A program made the translations under genes and the position numbers. DNA of 64,000 nt, taken from an uncultured Planctomycetota bacterium. Its GTDB lineage: Bacteria > Planctomycetota > Planctomycetia > Isosphaerales > Isosphaeraceae. Numbering within the stretch: position 1 is the stretch's first letter; each line of letters begins with the position of its first letter. The notes beneath the pieces are model-generated. The model had not been told where the DNA came from, searched no databases, and was given only the letters and a program-made list of their open reading frames with translations. The stretch is from contig CAWJTV010000001.1 of the NCBI GenBank assembly GCA_963845755.1, positions 128,001-192,000 of the forward strand, written 5' to 3'. Of this stretch, positions 1-11,957 are shown piece after piece.

Positions 1-1079
1 TGCTGGGTTTCGTAGTCGATCGACACGATACCCTCCGGCGCATTGAGGCTTTGCCGGCGGATGACCTTGATCACGTCGGCGACCTCGGCGGACTCGGCCT
101 CGGCCACGGCTTGCGCCGACAAGTAGACGCTGTTGTACGCCGCCTCGATCACATCGCTGGTGACGCGGTCGCTGCCGTATCTCGCCTGAAACCTCCGGAC
201 AAACTCCCGGTTCTCAGCCCTGTCGATCGACTGGAAGTAATCCCAGGCCGCGTAATCTCCCACCATGTCACGAAGCGGGAGCTGCCGCAGTTCATCTTCG
301 GCGATGCTGAAGGACAGTACGGGGGTCCGCTGGGGGAGGATCCCGGCCGCTTTCAGTCGCTGATAGAACGGCTTGTTGCTATCCCCCACCACGGTGCTGA
401 TGATGACGTCGGGAGCCGCCTTCGCGATCGCCTGCACGGCTGCGTCCACCTCGGCGCTGCCGAAGAAGATGTACGACTCGCCGACGCACTCGACCCCGAG
501 GGCCTTGAGCTGATCCTTGATGATCTCGTTGACGCAGTGGGGCCACACGTAATCCGAGCCGACCAGGAAGAACTTCCGCGCCTTGAGGCTCTCGTGACAC
601 CAGCTCACGGCGGGGATCACCTGCTGGTTGGGCGCCGCGCCGGTGTAGATGATGTTGGGCGACTGCTCCAGGCCCTCGTACGCCATGGGGTAGATCAGCA
701 GATGCGACCTCGCCTCGACGACCGGCTTGACGCTCTTGCGACTGGCCGAGGTCCAGCAACCGAAGATCACGCTGACCTTGTCCGTCTCGATCAAGCGTTG
801 CGCTTCCCTCGCGAACGTCGGCCAGTCCGACTGTCCGTCGGCGACCACCCACTCGACCCGTCGACCACCCAGCAGGCCACCCGCCGCGTTGATCTCCTCC
901 AGCGCCAGGACTTCCGCATGGATCATCGATTTCTCGCTGATCTCCATCGGACCGGTCTGGGAGTGGAGGATCCCGACCCGGATCGGCGGCGCAACCTGGC
1001 CGATGAGGCGGGAGCCCCATCGCATCGCCACCGCGGCCAGCACCGCCAGTCCGATCAGAGCGGCCAGCCATCGCCTCAT
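1..1079 (-). CDS. urtA: Urea ABC transporter substrate-binding protein (UrtA/AmiC family), 3' end runs off the window
   Basis: Manual translation from ATG 1079: MRRWLAALIGLAVLAAVAM...IRVGILHSQTGPMEISEKSM...GGLLGG...VIFGCWTSASRKSVKPVVE. Missing from the ORF track because there is no stop inside the window. Confidence 0.85.
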   Translation of the reverse strand, partial: MRRWLAALIGLAVLAAVAMRWGSRLIGQVAPPIRVGILHSQTGPMEISEKSMIHAEVLALEEINAAGGLLGGRRVEWVVADGQSDWPTFAREAQRLIETDKVSVIFGCWTSASRKSVKPVVEARSHLLIYPMAYEGLEQSPNIIYTGAAPNQQVIPAVSWCHESLKARKFFLVGSDYVWPHCVNEIIKDQLKALGVECVGESYIFFGSAEVDAAVQAIAKAAPDVIISTVVGDSNKPFYQRLKAAGILPQRTPVLSFSIAEDELRQLPLRDMVGDYAAWDYFQSIDRAENREFVRRFQARYGSDRVTSDVIEAAYNSVYLSAQAVAEAESAEVADVIKVIRRQSLNAPEGIVSIDYETQ

Positions 1080-1332
1080 GTCCCGCCCCTTGTTGTCAAT
1101 GCATGGATGCAACGCGCGTTCCACGACCGCCACGGGCAACGCCCACCGTGTCAAAATAGATGCTACCCGCAAAGATTATAACTGACGTCAAGCGATCGGA
1201 TTGGAAAGACTGGGAGTTGGGCGTCGATTTCTTCGGCAGGACCGATGCCTTTTGCCCGAACCATGCATTAGGATGTCGCGGTTGAGATCGGGTTCGCCGT
1301 CCGATGAACCGGGTTTGGAGGGGGTCGATGCC

Positions 1333-2434
1333 ATGCTCTCGGTATTCTGTTCACCCGGCCGGTACACGCAGGGCAGGGGGGCGACCGCCGCACTGGGCGC
1401 GAGATGGCCGCGCTGGGGCTGGAGGGTCCGGTACTGATCATCGCCGGCAAGACGGTCATCGGCCGGCTGGCGGAGACGTGGAAATCCAGCCTGGACGCGG
1501 CGAAGCTGCACCACGCGGTGCACCGGTTCGGCGGCGAGTGCTCGCTAACCGAGATCGAGCGGGTCAAGTCGTCGGCGCGGGAGGGCTCGGCCCGGACGAT
1601 CGTCGGCGCCGGCGGCGGCAAGGTACTGGACACCGCCCGGGGTGCCGCCGCCGACCTCGGCCTGCCTGTGGTCAGTTGCCCGACGGTTGCCTCGAGCGAC
1701 GCGCCGTGTAGTGCCCTGTCGGTCATCTACACCGACGAGGGGATCTTCCAGGAATACCGGTTTTACCGAAAGAACCCGGATCTGGTGCTGGTGGATACCC
1801 AGGTGATCGCGCAGGCGCCGCCGCGGCTGCTCTCCGCCGGAATGGGCGATGCGCTGGCCACCTGGTTCGAGGCCCGGACGTGCGTCGCCGGCTCGGTGAA
1901 GAACATGCGCGGTGGCGGCTCGACGGCCAGCGCGCTGGCCCTGGCCGAGCTCTGTTATCGGACATTACTCGCCGACGGCGCCGCGGCGCTTCATGCCGTG
2001 TCAACCCAGTCGGTCACCCCGGCGCTCGAGCGGCTGGTCGAGGCGAACACCTTGCTCTCGGGCCTGGGCTTCGAGTCGTCCGGCCTGGCCGCAGCCCACG
2101 CCGTGCACAACGGCCTGACCGCCGCGCCTGAAACCCACGATTACTTCCACGGCGAGAAGGTCGCCTTCGGACTGCTGGTCCAACTGATCCTCGAAGGGGC
2201 CCCGCGCGCGACCGTCGCTGAGGTGCTGGGCTTTGCCACCGAGGTGAACCTGCCGATCACCCTCGCCGACATCGGCCTGAACGACCTCGCCGCGACCGGC
2301 TCAACCCGATCGCCCGGCGAGCCACCGCGACCGGCGAGACCATCCACAATGAACCCTTCGAGGTGACTCCTGAGATGGTCGCCGACGCGATCCTGGCCGC
2401 GGATGCGCTGGGACGGTCGTGGAGGAAGCTATAG
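1333..2434 (+). CDS. gldA: Glycerol dehydrogenase (frameshifts ~1400 and ~2290)
   Basis: MLSVFCSPGRYTQG, GGGKVLDT, PTVASSDAPCSALSVIY, GMGDALATWFEA, AAAHAVHNGL, HGEKVAFG; the C-terminus GETIHNEPFEVTPEMVADAILAAD is in another frame. Confidence 0.88.
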
Positions 2435-2607
2435 ACTGAGTTCGGTCTTCCGTTGGGGCTGGGCCGATACTGGTACTCCGGCACCGGAAGCCGCCGTTCC
2501 TGCTGGAGTCCCGCCCTCAGGCGGTCTCTTCGCCTCGATTCTGACTTCGGAGAGCGCACCGACTCCGCCTGAACTTCGTCCGGGCCGCAAGCGAATGTCC
2601 AACCTCC

Positions 2608-3390
2608 TCAAAACAAAATCTTATATATAATGATCTGAATCAGGGCGATGGCCAGCCACGCGCAGATGCCCAGCCAGTGCAACCCATCGGTCGAGGAGCG
2701 GCGACGCAGGTCCCAGATGGCAGCGGCCAGGACCGCGAGCGCACAGAGCCCGATCGCGGCACCGTAGACATGCACGGAGCGCCGGCACCACTGGCCGATG
2801 ACGCGTATGTTTCCCGTACGATGCACCTGGATGGCGGTCAGGAGATGCCCTCCCGCCAGGATCATCGCGGCTAGGAGGAAGCCCAGGAATACGGCGAGCC
2901 AGTGCCACGGTAAGCGCCGGCGCAGGTGCCAGCAAAAGGCCAGGGATGCCAGGACACCCAATCCCCAACCGGTCGCCTGATGATAGACCTCGGTCAGGTT
3001 GGGGGATTTTGCCATGTGGAACGGTGTCCAGTAGGCGATGGGCGGATTATCGTAGGGTCCCCTGACGAGGCTGTAGAGCAGGATCGCCGCGCCGTCGGCC
3101 AGCGCGGCGGCGAGTCCGAATTCCAGCAGCCAGTGACCGGGGAGCATTGGTGTTTGTGGATCGCCGCGCCAACGCCGGGCCGAAAGGATGGCACCGCCGC
3201 TGAGGATGGTGCCGAAGCTCACTCCCATCATGAGGTTGTAGGCCAGGCCCAGAGGATAGGTCCTCGGTGTGAACGCAGGCTTGATCGCCTGGTACGCCCC
3301 AAACCCCAGGGCGAAGCCCAGAATCCAGATCTGCAAGTGACCGACGCGAAAACGCGGATTCCGCGCGGCGAGAAACTCATGGTCGGGCAT
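2608..3390 (-). CDS. Hypothetical multi-pass membrane protein
   Basis: 260 aa ORF with about 7 hydrophobic segments; start overlaps the stop of the upstream redoxin gene. Confidence 0.7.
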   Translation of the reverse strand: MPDHEFLAARNPRFRVGHLQIWILGFALGFGAYQAIKPAFTPRTYPLGLAYNLMMGVSFGTILSGGAILSARRWRGDPQTPMLPGHWLLEFGLAAALADGAAILLYSLVRGPYDNPPIAYWTPFHMAKSPNLTEVYHQATGWGLGVLASLAFCWHLRRRLPWHWLAVFLGFLLAAMILAGGHLLTAIQVHRTGNIRVIGQWCRRSVHVYGAAIGLCALAVLAAAIWDLRRRSSTDGLHWLGICAWLAIALIQIIIYKILF

Positions 3391-4560
3391 TCTTCCCAGG
3401 GGTTACTTCATCCAGCAGGCTCGCCACGGCCCGGTCCAGATCATCGCCGCGGACGTCCTTGAAGCGGATCACGCCGGCCTTGTCGAGGACGAAGATCGTC
3501 GGGAACGAACGGACGCCCCACCGCGTCGTGATCGGTCCTGTGATCCCCCCATCGTACCAGCACCGCCAGGTGATCTCGCCCGAGGCGATCGACTTCCGGA
3601 GCGTCTCCACGGTCGCGTCGGTGCTCACGCTGACCATCGCGAAGGGCTTGTCCTTCAACCTGGCGACGAGCTCGCGCTCCTGGGGGTACATCCCTACGCA
3701 GGGCCCGCACCAGTTTCCGGAAAAGGTCAACACGACGACCTTGCCCCGGTCGTCGCTCAAGGCGAACGTCTTCCCCTGATGGTCCTTCCCGAGGATCTCC
3801 GGCGAGGCCTTGCCGACGGACAGGTTTCGCATCGCGAACAACTCGCCCTCGGTGATCGTTCCGAGCGACCGGTGATCATACCCATCTTCGATATCGGCGA
3901 ACTCCGCGATGATCCGTTCGAGCATTTGCTCGGATGCGCGATCGAGCGCCTCCGGGTCCGCCTGCTTCACGAATTGCTCGGTTAACGCTTTGTGCCGCTC
4001 ATGGACATACCGATCGATTTGCGCCGGCTTCTCGCGGATCCGCCGCACCATCCTCGCCTGGTATCTCAGGTACGTCGCCAGCGTGAAACAGGCCCGGCCC
4101 CGGTCGACGCGATTGGGGTTTTTCTCCAGCACCGCACGGAGCAGGGACTCGGCAACCGGCGCATGGACGAAGTAGAAGATCTGCCCGCAGACCTCGCCCA
4201 TGCCCGGGTCGCGCACGTGGTCGCGGAGCAGAATCTCCATGGCCTGGTAGGACTCATCCCCCGGCCCGGCCCTGGCCGTCTTGATGACGAACTTCAGAGC
4301 CTCGACGTTTTGAGGGGTTTTCGGATCAGCGCGGACCACGGCCAGGACCTCGTGCGTGTTCTTCGTCACCGCGTCCATGTAATGGTCGCTGGCCAAGGTC
4401 TGCTTTTGATTCAACTCCTTGTTGTAGACTTGAAGCCCTGCTCCTGCGCCTTGACGATCTCATCAAGCCTCGTCTTGTAGGCCGACGGCGCCTGACCGAA
4501 TGCCTCCGGCGCCAGCGCGAGACCCAGGATCAGGGCTGACACAACCAGGAACCGCCGCAT
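3377..4560 (-). CDS. Exported TlpA/redoxin-family thiol-disulfide oxidoreductase with helical N-domain (frameshift ~4415)
   Basis: Signal peptide MRRFLVVSALILGLALAPEAFGQ; GKVVVLTFSGNWCGPC; WGVRSFPTIFVLDKAGVIR. Confidence 0.85.
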
Positions 4561-5224
4561 CCTGTCCCTCCTCCGAGTTGTCCGGGATCGCTGCTTTGTT
4601 GCAAAGTCTCGACCCAGGATACGCGAGTCGTCCGACAAGTGTCAATGATCCGGCATCACCAGCGATTCGGGCCATTACGGCGCCTCCCGACTTCGCCGCA
4701 GCGAGCTTCCGCCAGCCGGCTTTCAATGGCCCGATGGCGCAGGATGCCGTGTCGGCGGTCAGCGCGGGTCCTCGTCCCAACGTTTCGAGAGGAGGAAGCT
4801 CGCCAGATAGAGCCGCGCGTCGTCGGTCTTCCGGATCCGCCTCCAGGCCTCGAACGCCTCGCGCAGCCAGTTGAACGTAATCCAGGACCTCATGCCGTCG
4901 GAACACGCGGGTGAGGTCATAGTCCGCCTCATGGCGGAGATCCTGAAGCTTGATGAATGTGCTCGTCACGGTCTTCAGGTCGGCGGGGGTCGTGTAGCCT
5001 CCGCGCGGCGATTGCACGGCTTTGGGAAGCCTGTCATTCCCGATCATCGTGGAGGATTTCTTCATGTCCCCGTGATTGAGCGTCCGGTTGATCCGCGCCA
5101 CCAGGCCAGGCTCGAGGGCGAACAGGGCCGACGTCTCCGATGACAGCAGGTGGAACAACGCGTAATAGGCCGACGAGACCGCCCGGCGGAGGTTCATCTG
5201 CTTGGGACGTCGCGGATCCCACTA

Positions 5225-6445
5225 GTGCTCTGTCACAGCTTAATTTTGGGGTAGATCGACTTCAATTTGGAGCGGGCATCGTCGATCTTCATCTGCCAAT
5301 CCACTCCGCGCTGGGTGCTGTTGACGTCGGTTGACCAAGCGGTGGTCTCCACTCGCAGCGCCTGGGCATCACCGAAGCGGCGGCCGGCTATACACTGCCG
5401 CGTCAACGAGCTGAGCTCGTTCTCGGCGATGTTCAGCCAACTGCCGTGCTTGGGGATGTAGCAGAACTCGATGCGGCGGACCAACTGGCGAGCACGGGGC
5501 GGTGCAAAGACTTCGTAGAAGGCACCCTTGGTGTGCGTGTTCAAGTTGTCGCATACCACGATCACTCGCTCGGCACTGGCATAACGGCCCTCCAACAGCG
5601 CGGCCATCTCGATCGCCCAGTCAACCTTGGTCTTGGTATCCCGGACGGCCACCTCGCGCCAGCCCGCCAGCGGCTCGGTGAACATAAAGATGTTCGCCGT
5701 CCCGGCACGCTCGTATTCGTAGTCAACGCGCTTGGCGTGTCGGCGCGTGGCAGGGATCGGCACGCGGGACTCCTTCAGCAATTGCACCGGCTGTTCGTCC
5801 ATGGACAGGATCGGCCGCATCGAGTCGTAAGGCTTGGCGTAGGTCTCCAGCACCTCTTCCATGTGGGCCACGAACTCACCGTCAGCCTCGGGCGGGATGA
5901 CCCAGTACTCGATCTTGCGGTTGGTCATCCCGTTTTTTTCAGAGTCCGCCGCACCGTCTCGTAACTGACGGTTTCGACGATCCCCAGTTCCACCACCTTT
6001 CGAGCTAAGAGCCGCAGCGTCCAGTTGGCATAACCCGGGGGCGGTGACCCGAGCCGTGTGGCGATGATCTTCGCCTCCTGTTCGCCGTTGAGTAGCTTCT
6101 CGACCGGCGGCATCTGGCGCCTGCTGCGGTCCAATGCCTCTCGAAAGCCGTACTCCACGAGACGCTGACGAATGTTCTCGACGGTCTGCGTTCGGCATCC
6201 GAACGCCTCGGCGATGCGACGATCGGTCCAGTTCGGACCGTCCGCATCGGCCTTGAACAGGATCTGGGCGCGTCGAACCTTCTCGCTGGTTCCCTTCAAC
6301 TTCTTGATCACGGCCGCCAACTCGTCCCGTTCCTCAGCCGTAAGCCGGACAATGTACTTCTTGTTCATGGGGGCCTCCTTGTTCCCCGTATCATCCACGG
6401 TCGCGGAGGTTTCCCCAACCCCAATTTTTAGCTGTGACAAAGCAC
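5225..6445 (-). mobile_element. IS630-family insertion sequence
   Basis: Imperfect terminal inverted repeats GTGCTCTGTCACAGCTTAATTTTGGGG vs reverse complement GTGCTTTGTCACAGCTAAAAATTGGGG; TA duplicated at 5223-5224 and 6446-6447 within a CTAG target. Confidence 0.92.
5233..6368 (-). CDS. IS630 transposase, two ORFs joined by -1 frameshift at an A7 run (5933-5939)
   Basis: ORF1 MNKKYIVRLTAEER...(HTH)...RRTLKK; ORF2 SMDEQP, VCDNLNTH, PKHGSWLNIAENE (DDE motifs). Confidence 0.9.
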
Positions 6446-6490
6446 TAGGCGAGTTCTTGCGCTGGTCCAACAGGTCATCGTGGAGACTCA

Positions 6491-7122
6491 TCAAGCCTCC
6501 ACGGGTTCGGACTGCTCTCTGAGCGAGCGGAACGAAAGATAAGGAAAGCGATCGGGGGCAACCTGTCGGGCGACGTCTTCGAGGGGATTTCGGAGCCTTT
6601 GGGCCGCTTCCAGGAAGTCTTCATCCTTCTCGGAGACCTCGTCCGAGAGATACGCCCAGATCCAGAGGCCGGGGTCGCCCGTGTGGTCCAGTTTGGTACG
6701 GAACCGCAGCTCCGCAAGTTCCGCTGGCCTCCAAGGTGCAATCTCCCGTTCGATTAGCTTCCCCAACCGGAAAGCCTCGGCGTTCTCGTAGCGGTCGAAT
6801 TCGAGCAGTCGAATGATGTCCCGGAACAAGGGCAGCGCACTTTCCACGGTGTCGCCCGTTGCCGGGGCCATCGGGTTCACGGTCGAGGTCACCTGACGGA
6901 ACTCCGCCACGAGCTTCGCCAGTTGCGACCGCTCGGCATCAGACAGGAAAGCGAACTCCGACTCGTCGAATCCGGCGACAGACCGGGGCGTGACCCAATG
7001 CGTTGTCTTCCGAAGCATGGCCTCAATGGCGTCCGCATCGAGTGGAGGCACTCGGCGATGAATTCCGGAGCATAGAGGTTGGCCCCGATCCGCACCTTCG
7101 TCCAGAAGTCGTTAAACGCCAT
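6491..7122 (-). CDS. Hypothetical protein translationally coupled to the HEPN gene, possible antitoxin (frameshift ~7050)
   Basis: MAFNDFWTKVRIGANLYAPEFIAE + PPLDADAIEAML...DHTGDPGLWIWAYL...FPYLSFRS; TGATG stop/start overlap at 6493-6489. Confidence 0.7.
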
Positions 7123-7466
7123 GATGATTCCCCGGAGAATCCGAGAGCCGGTAAGACCGTTGAACCTGATTATACCGACGAGCCAGCCGATCGATCACCC
7201 CTTCGTTTCGCACCCGCCCATGAGGAAGGATCGCTGGTATCATCGGAGAGCGACCATCTCACCGCCGATCGGACGGTGCAGCCGTCAGGCCCCTACGATA
7301 GGCCGTGTTTCCCGGCGAGCAGGCCACGGAGAGCGGAAGCCCGGCACCAAAGAATGCTCCATCCACCTGTCGATTCAGGCATACATGTGTTACGATGGCC
7401 TGACCTCGACAGGGGGAGGGGGCAACGACCGGCCGTTTGCGTTTCGCTCGGTGGAAGGAGCGGGCC

Positions 7467-10400
7467 ATGTCTCGGCTTCGCATCACCCAATCGGATGGGG
7501 CCAACGACTCATACCGCGTCGATCTGGAATTCGAGGTGGAAAAGAAGCCTCGCCAGACGGCCACGGCCACGTTCGCGTTCGGAATCTCCGAGTCGGATCA
7601 GGAGGACCTACGCTGGTACCTGGAAGACTTCCTCCAGTTCCCCCAGGATCCTGCCCCGACGATCGCGGCTCGCGTCGAGCGGCGGATGGGCGAGATCGGC
7701 AAGGACCTGTTCACCAAGGTCTTCCACTCCAGCGACGACGCGCACGACCTCTGGGCCAAGCTGCGAGAGAAGCTCGATGACACCCACGTCGAGGTCGTCA
7801 CCTCGGTCGAAGGCGCGACGGCGATTCCCTGGGATCTGATCCGCGATCCCAAGACCGACACTCCGCTGGCCCTCCGCGCCTCGGCGTTCGTCCGTGCCCA
7901 CCCTCAAGCCGCCCAGCAGCCCCAGGGCCCAAGACGAAGTCCGGGCCGATCCGCATCCTCCTGGTGATCTGCCGGCCTCGTGCCGGGGACGACGTACCGT
8001 TTCGTTCCGTAGCCAGTCGGTTGATCAAGGGGCTGAGCGAGCCGACCCAGGCGACCTACCAGCTCGACGTCCTGCGCCGCCCACCTTCGATCAACTGGGC
8101 CGCGTGCTCCGCCGGGCCAAGGCGGAGAGGAAGCCCTACCACGTCGTCCACTTCGATGGCCACGGGATCTATGCCGATTTGACCGTCGCGGGCCATGTGG
8201 CCCAGATCCTCCAGAAACTCTTCCCCGTCATCTTCTCGGCGCCGCGTACCGGCCAGCACGGCTTTCTCCTTTTCGAGAACCCCCAGATCCAGGAAAACCT
8301 TGCGCCCATCGATGGCACCAGGCTCGGAAACCTGCTGGTTGAGACCGATGTGTCTGTGCTCGTTCTCAACGCCTGCCGCAGTGCCCACGCCGAGGTCGAA
8401 GACGAGTCCGAGCCCACCAACCGGCGAGCCGCCGACGAACCTCAGCGCGGCCCAGGCGGCCGACGATCTTCATGAGCGGGTGCGGACCTTCGGCACACTG
8501 GCCCAGGAGGTCATGGAAGCCGGCGTGGCGGGCGTGGTGGCAATGCGTTACAACGTCTACGTCGTCACGGCCGCCCAGTTCGTCGCCGACCTCTACGCCG
8601 AACTCGTCCGCGGCCGGACGCTCGGCGCCGCGGTCACGATGGGCCGCAAGCAACTGCATGACAACCCCAACCGCAGCATTGCCTACGACCCACTCCCCTT
8701 GCAGGACTGGTGCGTACCGGTCGTCTACGAGTCTACGCCGATCCGGCTCTTTCCCGTCCAGAAGAAGGCCGATGGCCTGACGATCACGATCCAGGCCGGC
8801 GACACGGCCTCTCGCCGCGGTGCGCTCGACAGCGAGCTACCCCGCCCGCCCGATGCGGGCTTCTTCGGCCGCGACGAGACGCTGCTGGCCCTCGACCGGG
8901 CCTTCGACACGCAACAGGTCGTGCTCCTGCACGCCTATGCCGGCAGCGGCAAGACCACCACCGCGGCCGAGTTCGCCCGCTGGTATTCCTTGACCGGCGG
9001 CATCACCGGCCCGGTCCTCTTCACCTCGTTCGAGCAGTACAAACCGCTGCCCCGGGTGCTCGACCGGATTGGCGATGTCTTCGGTCGGATGCTCGAACAA
9101 GCGGGAGTTCACTGGCTGGCCCTCGATGAAGCCGATCGGCGTAAGGTGGCGCTGGATGTCCTGAATCGGATCTCGGTCCTCTGGATCTGGGACAACGTCG
9201 AGCCGATCGCCGGCTTTCCAAAGGGGACGCCCTCGACCTGGAGCGACCTGGAACAGAAGGAGCTGGCCGACTTCCTTCGCGATGCCCGCTCGACCCAGGC
9301 CCGGTTCCTGCTCACCAGCCGCCGCGACGAGCACGATTGGCTGGGCGACCTGCCGCGAAGAATCGCGGTCCCGGCGATGCCCATGCAGGAGCGGGTGCAA
9401 CTGGCCCGCGCCCTTGCGGAGAAGCGCGGCCGCCGGATCACCGACGTGGAAGACTGGAGGCCGCTGCTGCGATTCACCGAAGGCAACCCGCTCACCATCA
9501 CCGTGCTCGTCGGCCAGGCCTTGCGCGATGGCCTGAAGACGAAAGTGCAGATCGGGGAGTTCGTGACGGAGTTGAAGGCAGGTACCGCGAAATTCGACGA
9601 CGAGGCGAGCGAAGGCCGCACCCGATCGCTCGGCGCGTCGCTCAGCTACGGTTTCAACCACGCCTTCAGCGAAGCCGAGCGCAAGCAACTGGCCCTGTTG
9701 CACTTCTTCCAGGGCTTCGTCGACGTGGACGCGTTGAGGATGATGGGCGACCCCAAGGCCGACTGGTGCCTGCCCGAAGTGCGTGGCCTGACGCGAGAAG
9801 CCGGCATCGCCCTGCTCGATCGCGCCGCCGAAGTCGGCCTGCTCACCGCGCTCGGGGGCGGCAATTACACCATCCACCCGGCCGTGCCCTGGTTCTTCAA
9901 GACCCTGTTCGACGCCTACTATGCCGGTCCCCCGACTGATTCGGCCGACGATCGTGGCGGCGAAGAGAACTCCCAGGCCGGCCGCGCCATGCGGGCCTTC
10001 GTGCGGGCGATGGGTGAACTGGGGAATTACTACTCGGCAGGAATACGTCAGCGGCAATAGCGACGTGATCGCCGCTTTGTCCGCCGATGAGGCCAATTTA
10101 CTGTACGCTCGGCGCCTGGCCCGTCAGAACGGCTGGTCGGATCCGGTCGCCAGCACGATGCAGGGCTTGAGGCTCCTATACCAGCACAGGGGCCGCAGGG
10201 TGGAATGGAAGAGCCTGGTCGATGAGATCGTACCCGACTTTGTGGACCCGGCCACGGACGGACCACGACCAGGCCGCGAGTCCGCCTGGAGCCTCGTCAC
10301 GCAATATCGCGTGCATCTCGCTCGGGAGGCACGAGAGTGGGCGAACGCCGAGCGGCTGCAACGAGTCTGTGTGGAATGGGATCGTCAGTCTGCCGAGCAC

Positions 10401-11285
10401 TTCATCGACACGTACCAGGGTCGGACGGATCCTCCATCGTCAGCGATGAAGCCCAGCCACCCGGATCCGAACGACCACCAACAACTTCGGTCAAACGGCC
10501 GCCCTTCCGGGACCGCCTCGCGGCGGTCCTGCCAGGCCTGTCCCCTACCGACCGAAATCTCATCCGCTCCCTGGCGGTCTCGCTGCACGAACTGGGCGAA
10601 ATCCAGCGCGAACGTGGGGAACCGGCGTGTATCGCCTCTTACCAGGAATCGCTCGACCTGGCCGAGGAGATGGGTGAGCGTGCCGGTGCTGCAATTTGTG
10701 CCTTCAACCTGGGCACGGCCCACAAGGACATCCCCGCCATCCGCGACCTGGACCGGGCCGAAAATTGGTATCGGCGCAGCCTGGAACTTTATGACGAGCG
10801 TGACCGGCTCCGTCGAGGAAGATCGCAGGGTCAACTGGGTGGCGTGGCGCTCGAACGATTCTGGGAGGCCAGGAACGCTGGCGAGGCGGCGGCCACGCTG
10901 CTCGCTCACCTCAACGCCGCGCGCGGCCTATCAGCAGGCCCTCGCGTTGATCCCCGAGGATGCCGTGAATGATCGGGGGGTCGCTCACGGCCAGCTCGGC
11001 TCGATCTACGGGGGAGCCGGTGATATCGACCGCGCCCTACCGCATTACCGCGAAGCCATCCGTTACAGGGAATTGGCAGGCGACAGTTACGGCGCCGCAC
11101 AAACCATCCGCTACAACGTCGCGCTGCACCTGGCCCAATCCGGCCGCTTCGTGGACGCCCGGGAATACGCCCGCGCCGCCCTGAATGGCTTCTCCTCCTA
11201 TGGATCCGCCGCGGCAGATTGGGTTCAAAAAACGCAAGAATTGCTCAAATGGATTGACGAGGCTATTGCCAGGAAGAAGGGATAG
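7467..11285 (+). CDS. CHAT (caspase-like) protease - STAND/NB-ARC-like NTPase - TPR protein, ~1270 aa, ~6 frameshifts
   Basis: IPWDLI, HVVHFDGHG and VLNACRS (His/Cys dyad), GVVAMRY, FFGRD, Walker A YAGSGKTT, Walker B WIWDNVE, LTSR, GNPL, then TPR repeats (HGQLGSIY, FNLGTAH). Confidence 0.85.
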
Positions 11286-11381
11286 GTCGAATTCACCAAA
11301 GCGCCGCCGAGCCGAACAGAATGTCTGGCGACGTCATCAGAACCAGAACCGTTCACCCCCCTATCGAGAGACGAGATCCCC

Positions 11382-11777
11382 ATGAACCGCAACGAATTCG
11401 CCGCAATGATCGCCGCCGAGCCGAACCTCTCGGGACCGATCGAACGGGCCGGGCAGGCCGCGCGGCCGGGGCACTACACCGTGGTGGCCGAGGCGGCCGT
11501 CATTGCGCTGATGTTCCCGATCGTCCGGTACATCATCGTCCAGATCGGCCTGCCCTGGCTCCATGAGCTGAAGCGTTACAGCGAACTCCAGCGTCAGAAG
11601 GTCCATCAGTGGATCGACGAGCGATCGCGCGCCGAGGGCCTCGACCCCGACGCCGCCGAGGCCGCCAGCGACGCCCTCTGCCGGGAACTCGAACAGACCA
11701 CCAGCGCCTCGGCCCGCGCCTCCTGGCAGCGCCTGGCCGAGCTCTTGAAGGCCGGGAAGGACGAAGACAACGCCTGA
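11382..11777 (+). CDS. Small hypothetical protein with one hydrophobic helix
   Basis: Intact 131 aa ORF with GC-rich codon usage; VVAEAAVIALMFPIVRYIIVQIGLPWL followed by a charged helical tail. Confidence 0.75.
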   Translation: MNRNEFAAMIAAEPNLSGPIERAGQAARPGHYTVVAEAAVIALMFPIVRYIIVQIGLPWLHELKRYSELQRQKVHQWIDERSRAEGLDPDAAEAASDALCRELEQTTSASARASWQRLAELLKAGKDEDNA

Positions 11778-11957
11778 ACGTCATCTCCTAGTGAACCCGC
11801 CGAACGATCGCCTTGGGTCGCAACCCATAAGAGATCGCCACTGGGTAACATCAAGGTGAGGCAACACGCCTCTAACGACTTGGCGTATAGCTGAGGTGGG
11901 TCGTGTTTCCTTTTCTCCTCGGAGCTTCGCAATCTCTCAGATCCGTCAGGAGGGATC

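Larger units (their letters stand above)
4759..6491 (-). pseudogene. HEPN-domain protein gene interrupted by IS630 (segments 6491-6448 and 5222-4759)
   Basis: MSLHDDLLDQ... before the IS; after it WDPRRPKQMNLRRAVSSAYYALFH...LQDLRHEADYD; further frameshift ~4860. Confidence 0.75.

Noticed and set aside
51..1181. 376 aa plus-strand ORF
   Set aside because: Shadow of urtA on the opposite strand.
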